A stretch of DNA of 63,995 nt, counting the filler, from Malassezia furfur (Eukaryota), in assembly GCA_052055015.1 (NCBI GenBank). It is 8 parts of 8 records of this genome, joined end to end, with 100 filler letters (N's around TTAATTAATTAA, not from the genome) between each part and the next. Parts side by side here need not be neighbours in the genome. Positions count along the whole stretch, not along the records: positions 8,438 to 16,767 come from JBQJIT010000463.1; positions 16,868 to 25,136 come from JBQJIT010000464.1; 6 more parts are not named here. One strand, given 5' to 3'. Of this stretch, positions 11,350 to 23,018 are shown piece by piece. Below the pieces are notes generated by a model. The model ran no database searches. It saw only the letters and a list, made by a program, of their open reading frames with translations, and was not told where the DNA came from. Position 1 is the first letter of the stretch, and the number at the start of each line of letters is the position of its first letter. The translations under genes and the position numbers were made by a program.

Positions 11350-11741
11350 TGTGCGACAAGCGCCGTGTGCGACGAAGCAAGCACGGTGCACCGACCTGGC
11401 AAATTGGTCGCGCTTGCAATGCTTGCAAAGCCCCCGATCAAGCCGACGAGATCAGCAGCAGCGCATCTCGTGCGCCCAATCCGTTGGGTCAATCAATCAA
11501 TTCGATGCATTCCGCGTAGGCAATTTTCGCCAATGCGGCCACTCAACGCGTAGAGTGCCACGCGCCACGCCCACCGACCCCCGTTCCTGCGGCCACGTGG
11601 GGGGAGCAGGGGGATCGGCCCACGTTGCAGCTCGGGGACCACGCGTGCCTGCAGCCTCGCGCAGCAACGCCCCCACGTGTGCTTGCACGTGATGTGAGAC
11701 GAACGGCGCTGCGGCGGCGTGCGGAGAGGCGCGTGCGTGTC

Positions 11742-12548
11742 ATGCTGGTGCTGGTAATTGGTGCGTGCGCGCGACTGACGGCCAGGCGACCTGCTGCTTC
11801 CCTACCGCGCGCTGGATCTGCCGGCCAAGTTCCGGAAGCTGCTTGTTCCTGGAAAGATCCAGCAGGTGGTATGCACCGGCAATGTGTGCGACAAGCAGAC
11901 GTACGACTACCTCCGGTCGCTCGCCAACGAGATTCATATGGTCAAGGGCGACTATGACGAAGTGCGTGGTCTCGCTGACACAGAACCAGCGCCTGCCCTC
12001 GCAGCTCGTGCTGCAATATCCTCCCGTGCGAATTGGCGTCGTGCACGGCCACCAGGTTATTCCGGCTGGGGACAAGGCCGCCCTCGCGTCGCTCGCGCGG
12101 TCGATGAACGTCGACGTGCTCCTGAGCGGCTACACCCACCAGTTTGAGGCGTATGCATATGAAGGCCGCTTCTTTATTAACCCTGGGAGTGCGACGGGTG
12201 CCTGGACCACCGAAGTACCGCTCCCCGGCGCGCCTGCGCAGACGGCGCCGCCCGCGGGCAGCAAAGATACCCCTGACGCGGACAAAGCTGCGGCGGCAAG
12301 CAAGCCTTCCGCAGCTGCGCCGCACGAGCCAGTCACGTCCGCGCCGGACGAGGTGCTCGACGACGACGGCGAGGAGATGGGCACGACGCCGTCGTTTGCG
12401 TGTACGTGAGGAAGCTCACCCAGTGCTCGACATCCAAGGCGCCGTGGTGGTGATCTACATTTACCAACTGATCAACAACGAGGTCAAGGTCGAGAAGCTT
12501 GAGTATCGCAAGCCGGTCGAGGCCGCCGACCCCGCCGCGGGAGCCTAA
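11742..12548 (+). CDS. VPS29: Retromer subunit Vps29 (introns 11761-11785, 11962-11983, 12402-12423)
   Basis: [57 protein letters not shown]. Confidence 0.93.
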
Positions 12549-12742
12549 GCGCGTGGGCCTTGGCGCGCGCGGCGCGCGTGGGGAGCGGCCTCCACCCGCC
12601 AGGGCGGCGGCGCTTATCGATCGCGCGACCCTCCACATAGTCCGTGCTCACGCGGGGTGGCAATCCGCGCTGACGTGCTCTCCCAACCACTATGCCCCCT
12701 GTTTGTATGGTGTCGTTTTCGCGCGCTCCGCGCGGACATGCG

Positions 12743-14233
12743 ATGCGTCTCGTTCGTCCTGCCCTGCTGATGTCGCGCCGTGCGTACGCGGTGCCCGTCA
12801 ACCCCTCGACGTCGGTCGACCATATGCTCGGCACCGCCGTACCGGCGCCGCCGTCAGCCTCGACGCGCTCTGCGGACGACGGCGAGGACGCCGACATGTT
12901 CAACTATATGCTCGATGCAAGCACGTCGAACCGTGACCTCGCGGGCCACCGCGCGCGTGTCGAGAAGCTGCGCGGCCAGGCGACTGGCAGCTCGCGGCGG
13001 AGCACCAGTGTGCCCGGCTCCGAGAAGCTCTTTGCGCAGTCCGTGGAGGACGCGCAGGTGCGCTGGACAGACGAGAGCAAGTTTTTGCCGCCGCGCGCAA
13101 CCCCTGCCGTGAAGCCGGTGGCGGACCCCGAGGAGCCGCACCGCGTCAAGCACAGCGAGGAGGACCGCAGTGCGATTGAGCGCTATGTGATTGCCGCCGC
13201 ACGCGCGCTCGACCGGCAGCAGGGCCTGCGTGGCACACTGTCGCTTGTCGAGCTGGAAAAGGCGCTGGCAGAGCGTGCCAACGAGCAGCTGTCGATCGAG
13301 CTGCCGTACGAGCCGATGCCGAAGCAGGAGCGCCGTGTGAGCCTGATCAATGCCAACAGTGCGGACGACGAGGTGGCGGCCGCGATGGACGACGGCGTGC
13401 TGCTGCTGTGCTTTGTGGACGATGTCGGAAGCAGCAAAGAGCGCGTCAGCCTGTGTACCGGCTTTGCGGTGCAGGGTGGCGAGCGCCTCGCGGGCGCGAA
13501 CGACGCGGGCCGCGGCGCCCTGGTCATCTCGTGTGTGCACACGCTCGAGAGCGCCACCAGCAAGGCCGCAGAGCGCAAGAGCCGCGGGGTGGCGCTCGCT
13601 GTGACGCGCCAGGGACACATTTATCCCATCCGCACGCTGCTGAGTAACTTGCCCGACGCGGACCTCTCGCTGCTGCAGCTCGACGATACACCCGTGCAGG
13701 TCGATGCGGTGACCTCAACGCTCCACACGGTCGAGGCCAGCGCGCTGCGCACGCTGCCCGTGTCGCCGTACCCAGCGGTGGTCAACACGGAGCTGTCCAT
13801 CAGCTCGTTTGGCGGCTGGCTGCCGGCTGCGGCAAGCAGTGGCCACGGAACAGGCGCGTTCCCCGCGCTGACCGAGCACGACGTGGTGCGCAGCCGGTGG
13901 GCACGCGCGACGCTGACCGGCTACAAGGATCCGATCGGCCGCGTGGCCGAAACGGGCACCTACGACGAGCTGGCGCAGCTCAGTTTCAAGCTGCGTGACG
14001 ATACGCCCGAGACGCCCGCGGCGCTGCAAGGCGCCAACCTGCGCCGCACCATGTCCTACTTCCCCCTCCCCGGCTCCTCTGGTGGCCCCGTGGTCGATGT
14101 GGAGACCGGCAGCGTGGTGGGCATTGTGCGGGGGCACCGCACCAGCCAGCTGCATGGCAGCCGTGGCGACGCAGTGCCTGCCGAGAAGATTTTCGAGTTC
14201 TTTGCGCTGCCGGGCTTTGGGAAGCACCGCTAA
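12743..14233 (+). CDS. Trypsin-like serine peptidase domain protein, probably mitochondrial
   Basis: Triad motifs CVHT, ADLSLLQL, PGSSGGPV; Arg-rich presequence-like N-terminus. Confidence 0.7.
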   Translation: MRLVRPALLMSRRAYAVPVNPSTSVDHMLGTAVPAPPSASTRSADDGEDADMFNYMLDASTSNRDLAGHRARVEKLRGQATGSSRRSTSVPGSEKLFAQSVEDAQVRWTDESKFLPPRATPAVKPVADPEEPHRVKHSEEDRSAIERYVIAAARALDRQQGLRGTLSLVELEKALAERANEQLSIELPYEPMPKQERRVSLINANSADDEVAAAMDDGVLLLCFVDDVGSSKERVSLCTGFAVQGGERLAGANDAGRGALVISCVHTLESATSKAAERKSRGVALAVTRQGHIYPIRTLLSNLPDADLSLLQLDDTPVQVDAVTSTLHTVEASALRTLPVSPYPAVVNTELSISSFGGWLPAAASSGHGTGAFPALTEHDVVRSRWARATLTGYKDPIGRVAETGTYDELAQLSFKLRDDTPETPAALQGANLRRTMSYFPLPGSSGGPVVDVETGSVVGIVRGHRTSQLHGSRGDAVPAEKIFEFFALPGFGKHR

Positions 14234-14266
14234 ACGACGAGAATAGCACCACTGAGAACTATACCA

Positions 14267-14825
14267 CTAGATCAGCTTCTTGTTCATCGCCGGTGCCGCG
14301 ACGGGCACCACGACGGGCGCGGGCGTCGGCGCCACGGGCGCAGGCGCCGTGGGCGCGCGGTCGGGCACGAGGTGCGCGCCCGACTCGGCGCCCGTCGGCA
14401 CCACGTCGGGCGTCACAGGTGCCTCCGCGCGTGCGTCAGGGTCGTCGGGCAGCACGCGAATATTTTCAATGTCGGAAAAGTCGTCTTGTTCCACCTGGCG
14501 TTAGCTGCGCACATACCATCAGGATGGAGTAGGCGTACACACCACCCACAAAGGTGCACAAGGCCAGGAAGGTGAGCATGTTGCCGACAAAGTACGGCTT
14601 GCGGGCACGCTTGTACCCTGCCGAGTTGCCAAAACCGCGCGGGTGGTATGTGCTCTGCGCTGCGTTGATCTCGCGCATGAGCTCCTCGGCGCGGCACGGC
14701 GTCGCACGAAAGGCGCCCATGTGTACGTTACGAAGCGGCGGTACGGCGCACGGCACAACGCCAGCCCGTGCAGCGGCACGGCGCAGCGCCAGCGACGGTG
14801 CAGACGCCCACAGTGGTCGCAGCAT
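14267..14825 (-). CDS. COA3: Cytochrome c oxidase assembly factor 3-like (intron 14495-14516)
   Basis: RARKPYFVGN-TM-YAYSILMVEQDDFSD; presequence-like N-terminus. Confidence 0.8.
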
Positions 14826-15010
14826 GCTGGTGAGGAAATATGCTGCGGCGCGCCGCGGCCCGGCGGCCTCCACGCGGCCGGTGGGGGCGCACGGCGGCCG
14901 CACGGCACCAGCGCGGGGGAGGTGGACGTGGGACAATGTACAAATACTCTATGGCAACTAAATGCGCTCGGCCCAGCCGAGTCGTAAAAGTCGGTGGAGT
15001 GGCAAATGCG

Positions 15011-16767
15011 CTAGGCCGAGGTGGCTGCGCTTGAGGCCGCGGAGACGGACACTGAGCTTGCCCGTGTGCTCGAGGACGCTTTCGGCGCAACCCGGACCTT
15101 GGTACTGGTGGACGACGTGCTGCTGGCACGTGCACTGGCGGCACTTGCCGACGAGGCCGCAACTTTGCCTGCAGCAGAGTTCGTACTGCAGTCCGCCGTG
15201 TGAATGAGCGAAAGTGGGAGCTTCTCGAGCGCACAGACCACTTGCTTCCACTTGGATTGTGCAAGCTGCAGAATGCCCTCGGTGCCGAGCTTGGCAAATC
15301 CGTCGGTGACCTTTTCTAGCTCGTTGGCCGCCAGCTTCGGTAGGGCGCCCAGGATGCCCTCAATCATGTCTTCAATTGTGGTGATATTCGCAATGACCGT
15401 GTCGCCGATGGCCAACGAGTAGGTGGTAAGGACGTCTTCTTCATTGAAGTGGAAGCCAGGGTTCACATAGCCATTGTCATCCAGCATGACCTGCACGAGG
15501 TTGCGCACATTGAGATTCTTGCCGATCGTGGGAAGGGCGCCCAGCAAACCTTGCACACCAAGGACGTGGTAGATGCGGTCGCACTTGTGGAACTGCGGGT
15601 TGACCTTGGTGGCGGATGCCGACGGAATGCGACAGTTGGTGACGTGGTTCTCGGTGAAGGATGCCTGAACCGGCCCATCCACACCATACTGGTAAGCATC
15701 ACACTGGATGCGCTGGAACGTCTGCGAAACAGGGAAGTCGTTTCGGAATGTGAGCGCAATGTAGATGTAGGGTCGGAGACCGGGCGCGGAAAACAGGGTC
15801 AGCACGTCAAAGTACGAGTCGATTTGGTTCAGCACGCGCACTGCAATACCCGGCAGTGTGCTAGTGAGATACAGTCGCTCCAGACCCGGCGTGAGCGACG
15901 CAAATGGCGATAGCGGCGGGTCGGCATTGGCGAGACCCTTGATCACGACCGGCGTTTCGTACGGAATGCTGACCGGCCCGTGACCTTCCTGCGGCTGTGC
16001 ATAGCGCTGCAAGAGTTCTTGCGCGGTTGTGTCGTTCGGGTTGTTGGGCTGGTACCGTACAATTGCCTCATAGTGGTTGTCGCCAGGGGCAATGATTTTC
16101 TCGCCCAAGAGCGCACGCCCGATGTAGGTGTTTTTGTAAAAGTTGGGCAGCGAAATGCCGGTCGTGTGCACGGTGATGTTGCTCGGGTTTGTCAAAACAA
16201 GCTGTGCTTTGTTGTCCAAGTATTCCGACGTGCCGCGATAAATGTCGAGTCGCTTCAGCGTCGTCTTGCCCGTGAGAGAGTTGAGGCCAGCCAGGCTGGT
16301 GCTCACATTGAAGGGGATGCCCTCGATGGGAATGTTACCAATCACCATCTTTGCCACCAGACCTGCACTGCCGGTCAAACCGAGCGTCGCGCGCGGAGTA
16401 TCGAGGATCTTGGCGAGCATGGCCATGTACGCAGTCCGGTCTTCGGCAACCATCCGCTCGCTTTTCCACGACATGATGAGTGGGCGGTGCTCGTTAGGTC
16501 CATGCGACGTGCCCGCCTGCACGGTCCGTAGCGGTAGGTTCAGACTTGCGGCCACAGCGTTGTTAAAGAGCAGCTTCGACGTGAGCGACGCTTTCAGGGG
16601 CGTCAATGTAAAGTGCAGTGGGTTCGCGTACACGGCGACTGACTGGTTCGACCCCGTACGCGGTGCCCATGTGTCGGCCTGCTCCATGAAGGTGATAAAC
16701 AGATCCGAAATCGTCACCGAGTACACAATCTTGTAAATGTGACCCGGCAGGACAAGATCGAGCGTAA
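15011..16767 (-). CDS. C-terminal part of a large DUF3712/LEA-2-like repeat protein; 5' end cut by gap
   Basis: Repeated beta-rich units (YANPLHFTL, SLAGLNSL, LTNPSNITV); Ser/Ala-rich tail. Confidence 0.6.
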
Positions 16768-16867
16768 NNNNNNNNNNNNNNNNNNNNNNNNNNNNNNNNN
16801 NNNNNNNNNNNTTAATTAATTAANNNNNNNNNNNNNNNNNNNNNNNNNNNNNNNNNNNNNNNNNNNN
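16768..16867. other. Artificial contig spacer
   Basis: N44-TTAATTAATTAA-N44. Confidence 0.99.
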
Positions 16868-17332
16868 CACCCCAACTCGAGCACGTCCAGCACCTGCACG
16901 AGGCGGGCCACGTCCGGCGCATTGCGCGGCAGGTCGGCAAGCGTAGCAAGAATGCGAGGGATGGTGCGGCGCACCACGGTCGGTGGTGCGTCGTGCAGCG
17001 CGTCGAGGGCGTCCAGCACCTCGGCGCGCGTGTCTTCGAACGGCGTGTGCGCACACAGCGGCGCACAGAGCGCTGCGACCACCTCGGCGGCGCTGCTCGG
17101 TGTGTGCGCCGGGCGCTACGCGCCATGCGTCGGTGCGTAGCACGCCCGGTGCTGCGGCGATCGGCGGCACCGCCGACCGCCGTGGCGCGCGGCGCTCGCA
17201 CGCGGCGCGCCGGGCGAACAGCATGGGCGGCAGCTCCAGCGTGTACAGCCACAGCCAGCGCAGCGCATGCGGCGCGAGGCGTGCGGCCGTGTCATCGATG
17301 CCGCGCCGCAGCGCGACGCCCAGCGATCCCAT
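16868..17332 (-). CDS. 5' part of an unidentified helical protein; 3' end cut by gap (possible intron 17116-17143)
   Basis: ATG divergent from YAF9; two protein-like frames that a 28-nt GT..TAG intron would join. Confidence 0.4.
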
Positions 17333-17388
17333 CCGCCGTCGCGCCCGAAGCGAAGAGAAGGGCGCTGACTAAGCACCGCGCCGCGACC

Positions 17389-18396
17389 ATGGCGAAGCGC
17401 ATGCGGGTGCGTCGGCGCGACTCACACAGGGCCTCGCGATCTCGCGCCCCATCTTGATTGGGTCGACCGCGACGCCGCTCACACCGACGGAGCGGCTGAC
17501 CGCGCCACCGGACCACACGCACCGCTGGACGGTCGCCGTGCGCAGCGCCGCAACGGCGCCGCTCGCGGCGTTTGCCGCGGACCGCGGCACGGACGACGCG
17601 TCCGCAGCGATTGGCACACGCCTGCGCGACAGTGAGGTCGACCTGCACAAGGCTGTGGGCGGCAAGGACGACCTGTCGTACTTTATCAAGCGCGTCCAGT
17701 TCCGGCTGCACGACACCTACGCGCAGCCCACTCGCAGTACGTCGCCTCCGTGCTCACCCAGACGTGGACCGCGCGCCGTTCAGCGTCACCGAGACGGGGT
17801 GGGGCGAGTTCGAGATCCAGATCAAGATCTTCTTTGTGCCCGAGGCGGGCGAGAAGCCGCTCACGGTGCTCCACCACCTCAAGCTGCATCCGTGGCCCAG
17901 CGCCCCGGTCGGCACGTCGGTGCCCCCGGCGGCGCCGGCGGCGCCCGCGCCCACGGACGGCACACCCGCGCCGCCGCTGCCGCCCGCCGTGCACTCGTGG
18001 CAGTACGAGGAGATTGTGTTCCCGGAGCCTTTGGAGCCGTTCTACGAGCTGCTTCTGGCGCACCCACCGACGCCCTGGCCCGCGACGTCCGCGCAGGCGT
18101 TTGCCGACGCCGGCGACTACGAGGCGTACCGCCGTGCGCGCGATGCCAACGAGCCTGCCGCGCCGCCTCACCCGGTGCACACGCCGACGGGGCACCTGTT
18201 CGAGGCGCTCTCGCTCGAGGCCCAGCGCGCCGAGGCGGACCGCATCGACCTCGCGCGCGCCAACGCCGTGCACCAGCTCGACGCGGACCGCGCGCGGCTC
18301 ATCCACACCGAGAAACTGCTGCGCGACACACGCGCGCGCATCGCGGCGCTCGAGCCACCGGCCGCAGAGGCTCCGTCGGCGCCGCGCGCTGCCTAA
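17389..18396 (+). CDS. YAF9: YEATS-domain NuA4/SWR1 subunit (introns 17407-17429, 17737-17761)
   Basis: [46 protein letters not shown]. Confidence 0.93.
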
Positions 18397-18399
18397 GCC

Positions 18400-21030
18400 C
18401 TACGAGGCTACGTTCGTCTCGGCGCCCGCGCGCTGCCGCGCCTCGTCGGAGAGACGCAGCGTGAGCTTCTTGTCGTCCGCGAGGCGCGTCCGCCGCGACG
18501 GCGAGGGGCGCCGCTTGGCGGCGTGCTGGAGGAGATCGTCGTCGTCGTCCTCGTCGTCGTCCTCCTCTCCCTCCTGCTCGCCCTCGCCCGCGTCCCGCTC
18601 GTCGCTGGTGCGTTTCCGGCGGCGGTGCATCCGCGCGACGGATGCACTGAGCTCCGCGGCCGCCTCGTCGTCCTCGGCGTCGTCGCCGTACGGGACGAGC
18701 GGCTCGGCGTCGTCGGTCGCAAAGTAGGCTTCCTCGGACGCGGCCTCTTCCGCTGCGACATCCGCAGCGGCCGCCGCGGGGTCCTCGGGCGCCGGCGCCG
18801 CGGCCGTCTCCGCGCCTACTTCGGGCTCCATGCGGAGCGCCGTCAGGCACGGCTGCAGCGTCGCCACCTGCTCGAGACGCTCGAGCTGCGCAGCGTGGGT
18901 GTGCAGCAGGTGCTCGCGCACGCAGTGCACCTGGTCGCGGCGCACCTGCTCAAAGAAGCCGAGGCATGCGCTGCTCACGAGGTTGTCGCGCGGCGCTTCG
19001 TGCTCGAGCAGCGTCAGCAGCTCGCCGACGACGCCGATGTCGACGAGGTGGCGGTGCAGAAACTGGCTCGGCGCCGCGAGGCACGTCCGGAACACGTGCA
19101 CGGCCGCGAGGCGCATCGGCTTCTCGCGCGCACGCAGCAGCGCGCCGACGTGGCGCGCGACGCCCGCGTTCAGCACGTAGTACTGGCTCCGGAACCCATG
19201 CTCTGTAATCACGTGACACAGAAGGTGCGCGAGGTGGCCGAGGCGCGTCGCGTCCGCCGGCGGCAGGCGCGGCAGGCGCGGCGCGTCGGCGGCGAGGCGC
19301 GGCAGGCGCAGCAGCGGCGCAAAGAGCTGCTCGATCTCGCCCTTGTACAGCCACGCGAGGAAGCGCTCGGGGTCGCTCGCGGCGCGCAGCATGCTGCCCT
19401 GCGCCGCGGGCGAATTCGAAATGCCCTCCTGGCTCACGTCGAGCAGCACGCGCAGCGTCTCGGCAATCTGCCCCTGGAACCCCGCGGGGTACGCGCCGAG
19501 CAGCACGTCGCGCAGCAGCGCGAGCAGCGGGCGCTCGTTGCGGGCGACCTGCGCGAGGATGTACGCCCGCACGCTGCTCGAGTCGTACTCGATCGTCGAC
19601 GCGAGGATCTCGGCGCCGGCGTTGCGGATCATGGGCGCACGCTGCGTCAGCGCAAACTCCACGACCTGCAGCAAATTGCGATCGACCAGGCTGCGGAAGA
19701 GCGTCATGCGCCCGGACAGCTGGATCTGCTTGGCCATGGTGCACAGCTGGTGCAGAAAGAGCACCGCTTCGTGCTTACGGGCAGGCACTTCGGTGCGCTG
19801 TACAATGTCGAGCACCTGCTCCAAGCACCGCTTGTGCCCCACGCAGTAGTTTACAATGTCGCTCTGGTAGAAGAACACGAGCGACGACAAAATCGAGAGC
19901 GTCGCGTCGTCAAACAGCCGCGCAAGAATCACGTCGCGCAGGTAGACGAGACGGTAGGTATCGTAGATCTTGGTGACCATGTTGGGGTCGTCGAACTCGA
20001 CCACGGGGTGGAAGTGCGCCTGGCGCTGCAGATAGTCGCGGTACGACGCCTTGAGCGTCGGAAACTCGGGGCTGTACTCGAGCATGCCGACCGCCGCAAA
20101 GAACACGTCGTCCTCGAGCAAGTACTCAATGAGCACGTTGTCGTTCATGGTCAGCACCAGCTTGACAATGTCGTACAGCGTGTGCAGCACCGCCAGGTCC
20201 GCGTGCGCCTCGGCCGCGTGGAACAGAGGAATGAGCTTCCGGATATAGTCCTCGTTCAGCAGCCACTCGACCACCTTTTCGCGCCGCACCGGGCCGTGTT
20301 GGCACGCGTCGCGCAGCTCGTGCGCAATCTGCGCCACGTTGTCGGCGTCGGGCGCCGGCAGGCGGAAGTCGGACGCATCGTCGTGCGCCTCGGCGTACGC
20401 GGCACGCAGGCGCTCGCGGTCCGCGGCCGAGTAGGTCGGATCCTTGTTGAGCATAAAGTGCAGCTGCACCTCGGTGAGAAAGTCCCACACCTCGTTGCAC
20501 CCCTCGGGCTCCTGGAACGACAGCGCCAAGTCGCTGCCGTCTGGCTCGGTCCACACCACCAGCGTGTCCTGCTGCCGCTGGTACACGTCGTCCTTCACCA
20601 CCGGCGAGCTCAGCAAATAGTCGTCCGTGTCGAGCCGCTCATCGATCACCAGCATGTACTTGGACGGCGCCGCAGCGTCGTCGTCGTCTTCGCCCGCATC
20701 CAGGACGTCGCCCAGCGCCTCGCAGTGCTCCTCCTTGCGCGTGACCAGCAGCGCCTCGTCCTTCGCCTCGTTGTACACGCCCGCACAGTACCCCGTGCCC
20801 CGGTCCGTCCACGCCTGGCCCTCCAAAATGTACAGTTTGACGCGCCGCCCGGTGCCACACTGGTGGTACGTGCCGCGCGTGACCGTGGACGAAAAGTGCA
20901 GCGCGCCCGGTCGCTCTTCGGCGTCCTCGGCAGGCGCCGCATGCGCACGCGTCTCGGTCGCGGGGGGTATCGCCGCGTGCGCAGGCCCCTCGTCGGGGGT
21001 CGTGGGAGTGGACCCCGCGGTATCATCCAT
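18400..21030 (-). CDS. PSY2: PP4 regulatory subunit 3 (Psy2/SMEK)
   Basis: RRVKLY...WTDRGTGYC, YQRQQDTLVVWTE, DLALSFQE..GC, YRLVYLRDVIL, RDNLVSSACL. Confidence 0.92.
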   Translation of the reverse strand: MDDTAGSTPTTPDEGPAHAAIPPATETRAHAAPAEDAEERPGALHFSSTVTRGTYHQCGTGRRVKLYILEGQAWTDRGTGYCAGVYNEAKDEALLVTRKEEHCEALGDVLDAGEDDDDAAAPSKYMLVIDERLDTDDYLLSSPVVKDDVYQRQQDTLVVWTEPDGSDLALSFQEPEGCNEVWDFLTEVQLHFMLNKDPTYSAADRERLRAAYAEAHDDASDFRLPAPDADNVAQIAHELRDACQHGPVRREKVVEWLLNEDYIRKLIPLFHAAEAHADLAVLHTLYDIVKLVLTMNDNVLIEYLLEDDVFFAAVGMLEYSPEFPTLKASYRDYLQRQAHFHPVVEFDDPNMVTKIYDTYRLVYLRDVILARLFDDATLSILSSLVFFYQSDIVNYCVGHKRCLEQVLDIVQRTEVPARKHEAVLFLHQLCTMAKQIQLSGRMTLFRSLVDRNLLQVVEFALTQRAPMIRNAGAEILASTIEYDSSSVRAYILAQVARNERPLLALLRDVLLGAYPAGFQGQIAETLRVLLDVSQEGISNSPAAQGSMLRAASDPERFLAWLYKGEIEQLFAPLLRLPRLAADAPRLPRLPPADATRLGHLAHLLCHVITEHGFRSQYYVLNAGVARHVGALLRAREKPMRLAAVHVFRTCLAAPSQFLHRHLVDIGVVGELLTLLEHEAPRDNLVSSACLGFFEQVRRDQVHCVREHLLHTHAAQLERLEQVATLQPCLTALRMEPEVGAETAAAPAPEDPAAAAADVAAEEAASEEAYFATDDAEPLVPYGDDAEDDEAAAELSASVARMHRRRKRTSDERDAGEGEQEGEEDDDEDDDDDLLQHAAKRRPSPSRRTRLADDKKLTLRLSDEARQRAGAETNVAS

Positions 21031-21597
21031 GGCGCGGGTCACACTCTTGCTCCGTATCGCCTCTTGCGTGGAGAAGCGGTGCTGCACGCGCCAATTTTGG
21101 GCCGGTGCGCCGCGCGTGCTGTGGGTTGGATCGCGTCGCCCCAACGTGACGGGTGGCGCACGCGTCGCGACCCGAGCCGATCGTAGCCGATCGTCCACGC
21201 CGAAGCCCCCCGCCAGCCACGTGGGTGGGGCACCCGTGGCACACGGTCGGGGGAGGGCAGCGCGCCAATCCGGACGGGGCGCTGACCGGTACGATGCACC
21301 CACGTGGCGATACCGAGTCACCTGGATAGACGGACCAGCCGGGTGCCAATCAGCGCTGGCAGGGGCATCTTATCTACTGCACGGTGGCATGCACGCAAAT
21401 TTCCTGCAGTCGTCCGACCCCCTCGCGCGCTGCTGGCTGGCCGATGCGCGCGTTCCTCGCCGCGCCCCCTTGGCCGGATTGGCCACGGTATTTCCCATAC
21501 CGATACAGATAAGCCTGCACCACCGGGGGTTGCCGGCCGCCGCGCAGGCGATAAAAGTGCCACTCTATCGGACCACGTCTTCCCATCCCCACTCACC
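21031..21597. promoter_or_regulatory. PSY2/GLN1 divergent promoter with GATA, CCAAT and CACGTG elements
   Basis: GATAAG at 21508 and at 21369 (reverse), GATAAA at 21550; CACGTG at 21218 and 21301; several CCAAT. Confidence 0.55.
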
Positions 21598-22711
21598 ATG
21601 GTGTCCGTCGTGAAGAAGCCTGGTACGTGTGCTCACACGCTGCGCCGTGGAACAGCTATACTAACACCACACAGAACTGCTTGCCCCTTACCTCACCCTC
21701 CCCCAGGACGGTCGCGTCGCTGCCGAGTACGTCTGGCTCGACGCGGCGGGCATGCCCCGTGCCAAGACGACCACGCTCGACGGCCCCGTCAAGTCGCTTG
21801 CCGACCTGAAGGAGTGGAACTTTGACGGTTCGTCGACCGGCCAGGCGCCGGGCGGCAACTCGGACGTGTACCTGCGCCCCGTGGCCTACTACCCGGACCC
21901 GTTCCGTGGCGGTGACAACGTCCTGGTCCTCGCCGAGTGCTACAACAACGACGGCACCCCCAACAAGGCCAACTACCGCCACAACGCCGTCAAGATCTTT
22001 GACCAGTGCCCCGACCAGAAGCCCTGGTTCGGTATCGAGCAGGAGTACTCGCTCCTCGGCGAGGACGGCCGCCCCTACGGCTGGCCCAAGAACGGTTTCC
22101 CCGGTCCCCAGGGCCCCTACTACTGCGGTGTCGGCTCGGGCCGCGTCGTGGGCCGTGACCTGGTCGAGGCGCACTACCGTGCGTGCCTGTACGCCGGCAT
22201 CAAGCACTCGGGTATCAACGCCGAGGTGATGCCGTCGCAGTGGGAGTTCCAGGTGGGCCCTTGCGAGGGCATTGAGATGGGCGACCACCTCACCATGGCG
22301 CGCTACCTCCTGTTCCGCGTGGCGGAGGAGTGGGGCGTCGGTGTCTCGTTCCACCCCAAGGCCGTGCCGGGCGACTGGAACGGTGCGGGCTGCCACACCA
22401 ACTTCTCGACGCTGGCCATGCGCGAGGAGGGCGGCATGAAGGCGATCGAGGCCGCGATCGAAAAGCTCGGCAAGCGCCACAAGGAGCACATTGCCGTCTA
22501 CGGCGAGGACAACGAGATGCGCCTCACCGGCCGGCACGAGACGGGTCACATTGGCGAGTTCTCGGCTGGCGTGGCGAACCGTGGTGCCAGCATCCGTATC
22601 CCGCGCACGGTCGCTGCGCAGGGCAAGGGCTACCTCGAGGACCGCCGCCCCGCGTCGAACATCGACCCGTACCGCGTCACGGCGATCATTGCCGAGACCG
22701 TGTGCCTGTAA
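21598..22711 (+). CDS. GLN1: Glutamine synthetase type II (intron 21623-21674)
   Basis: [49 protein letters not shown]. Confidence 0.97.
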
Positions 22712-23018
22712 AGTGCCGCGGTCCAATGATCGTCGCAACTGTTCCTCCCCCTTTAATTCCTCGTATAGTAGAATACTGCGTAGCCTATTCCAAGGCACGA
22801 TGTGCGCTCGCGTGTGCCCAAGAGGGGGTGTGCAATCTGCTGCGCCCCCCCGCAATGCCCGGGTTGGCAGCGGTGCCTGAATCGGCCCGGCCGCCCCGTC
22901 ACCACGTGCATGCCATGTGGCGCATGGTCTGCGGCCGTGCGGGGGACGCGTGCGTGGCGCGCGGTGCTGGGTGGAGCGGCGGGGCCAAATTTTCTGCCCA
23001 GCGCGCAGCACCCGCGGC

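Noticed and set aside
15011..16767. Lower-GC segments (also about 25240-30000) as horizontal transfer
   Set aside because: They encode typical fungal proteins, several with native micro-introns; there are no mobility signatures
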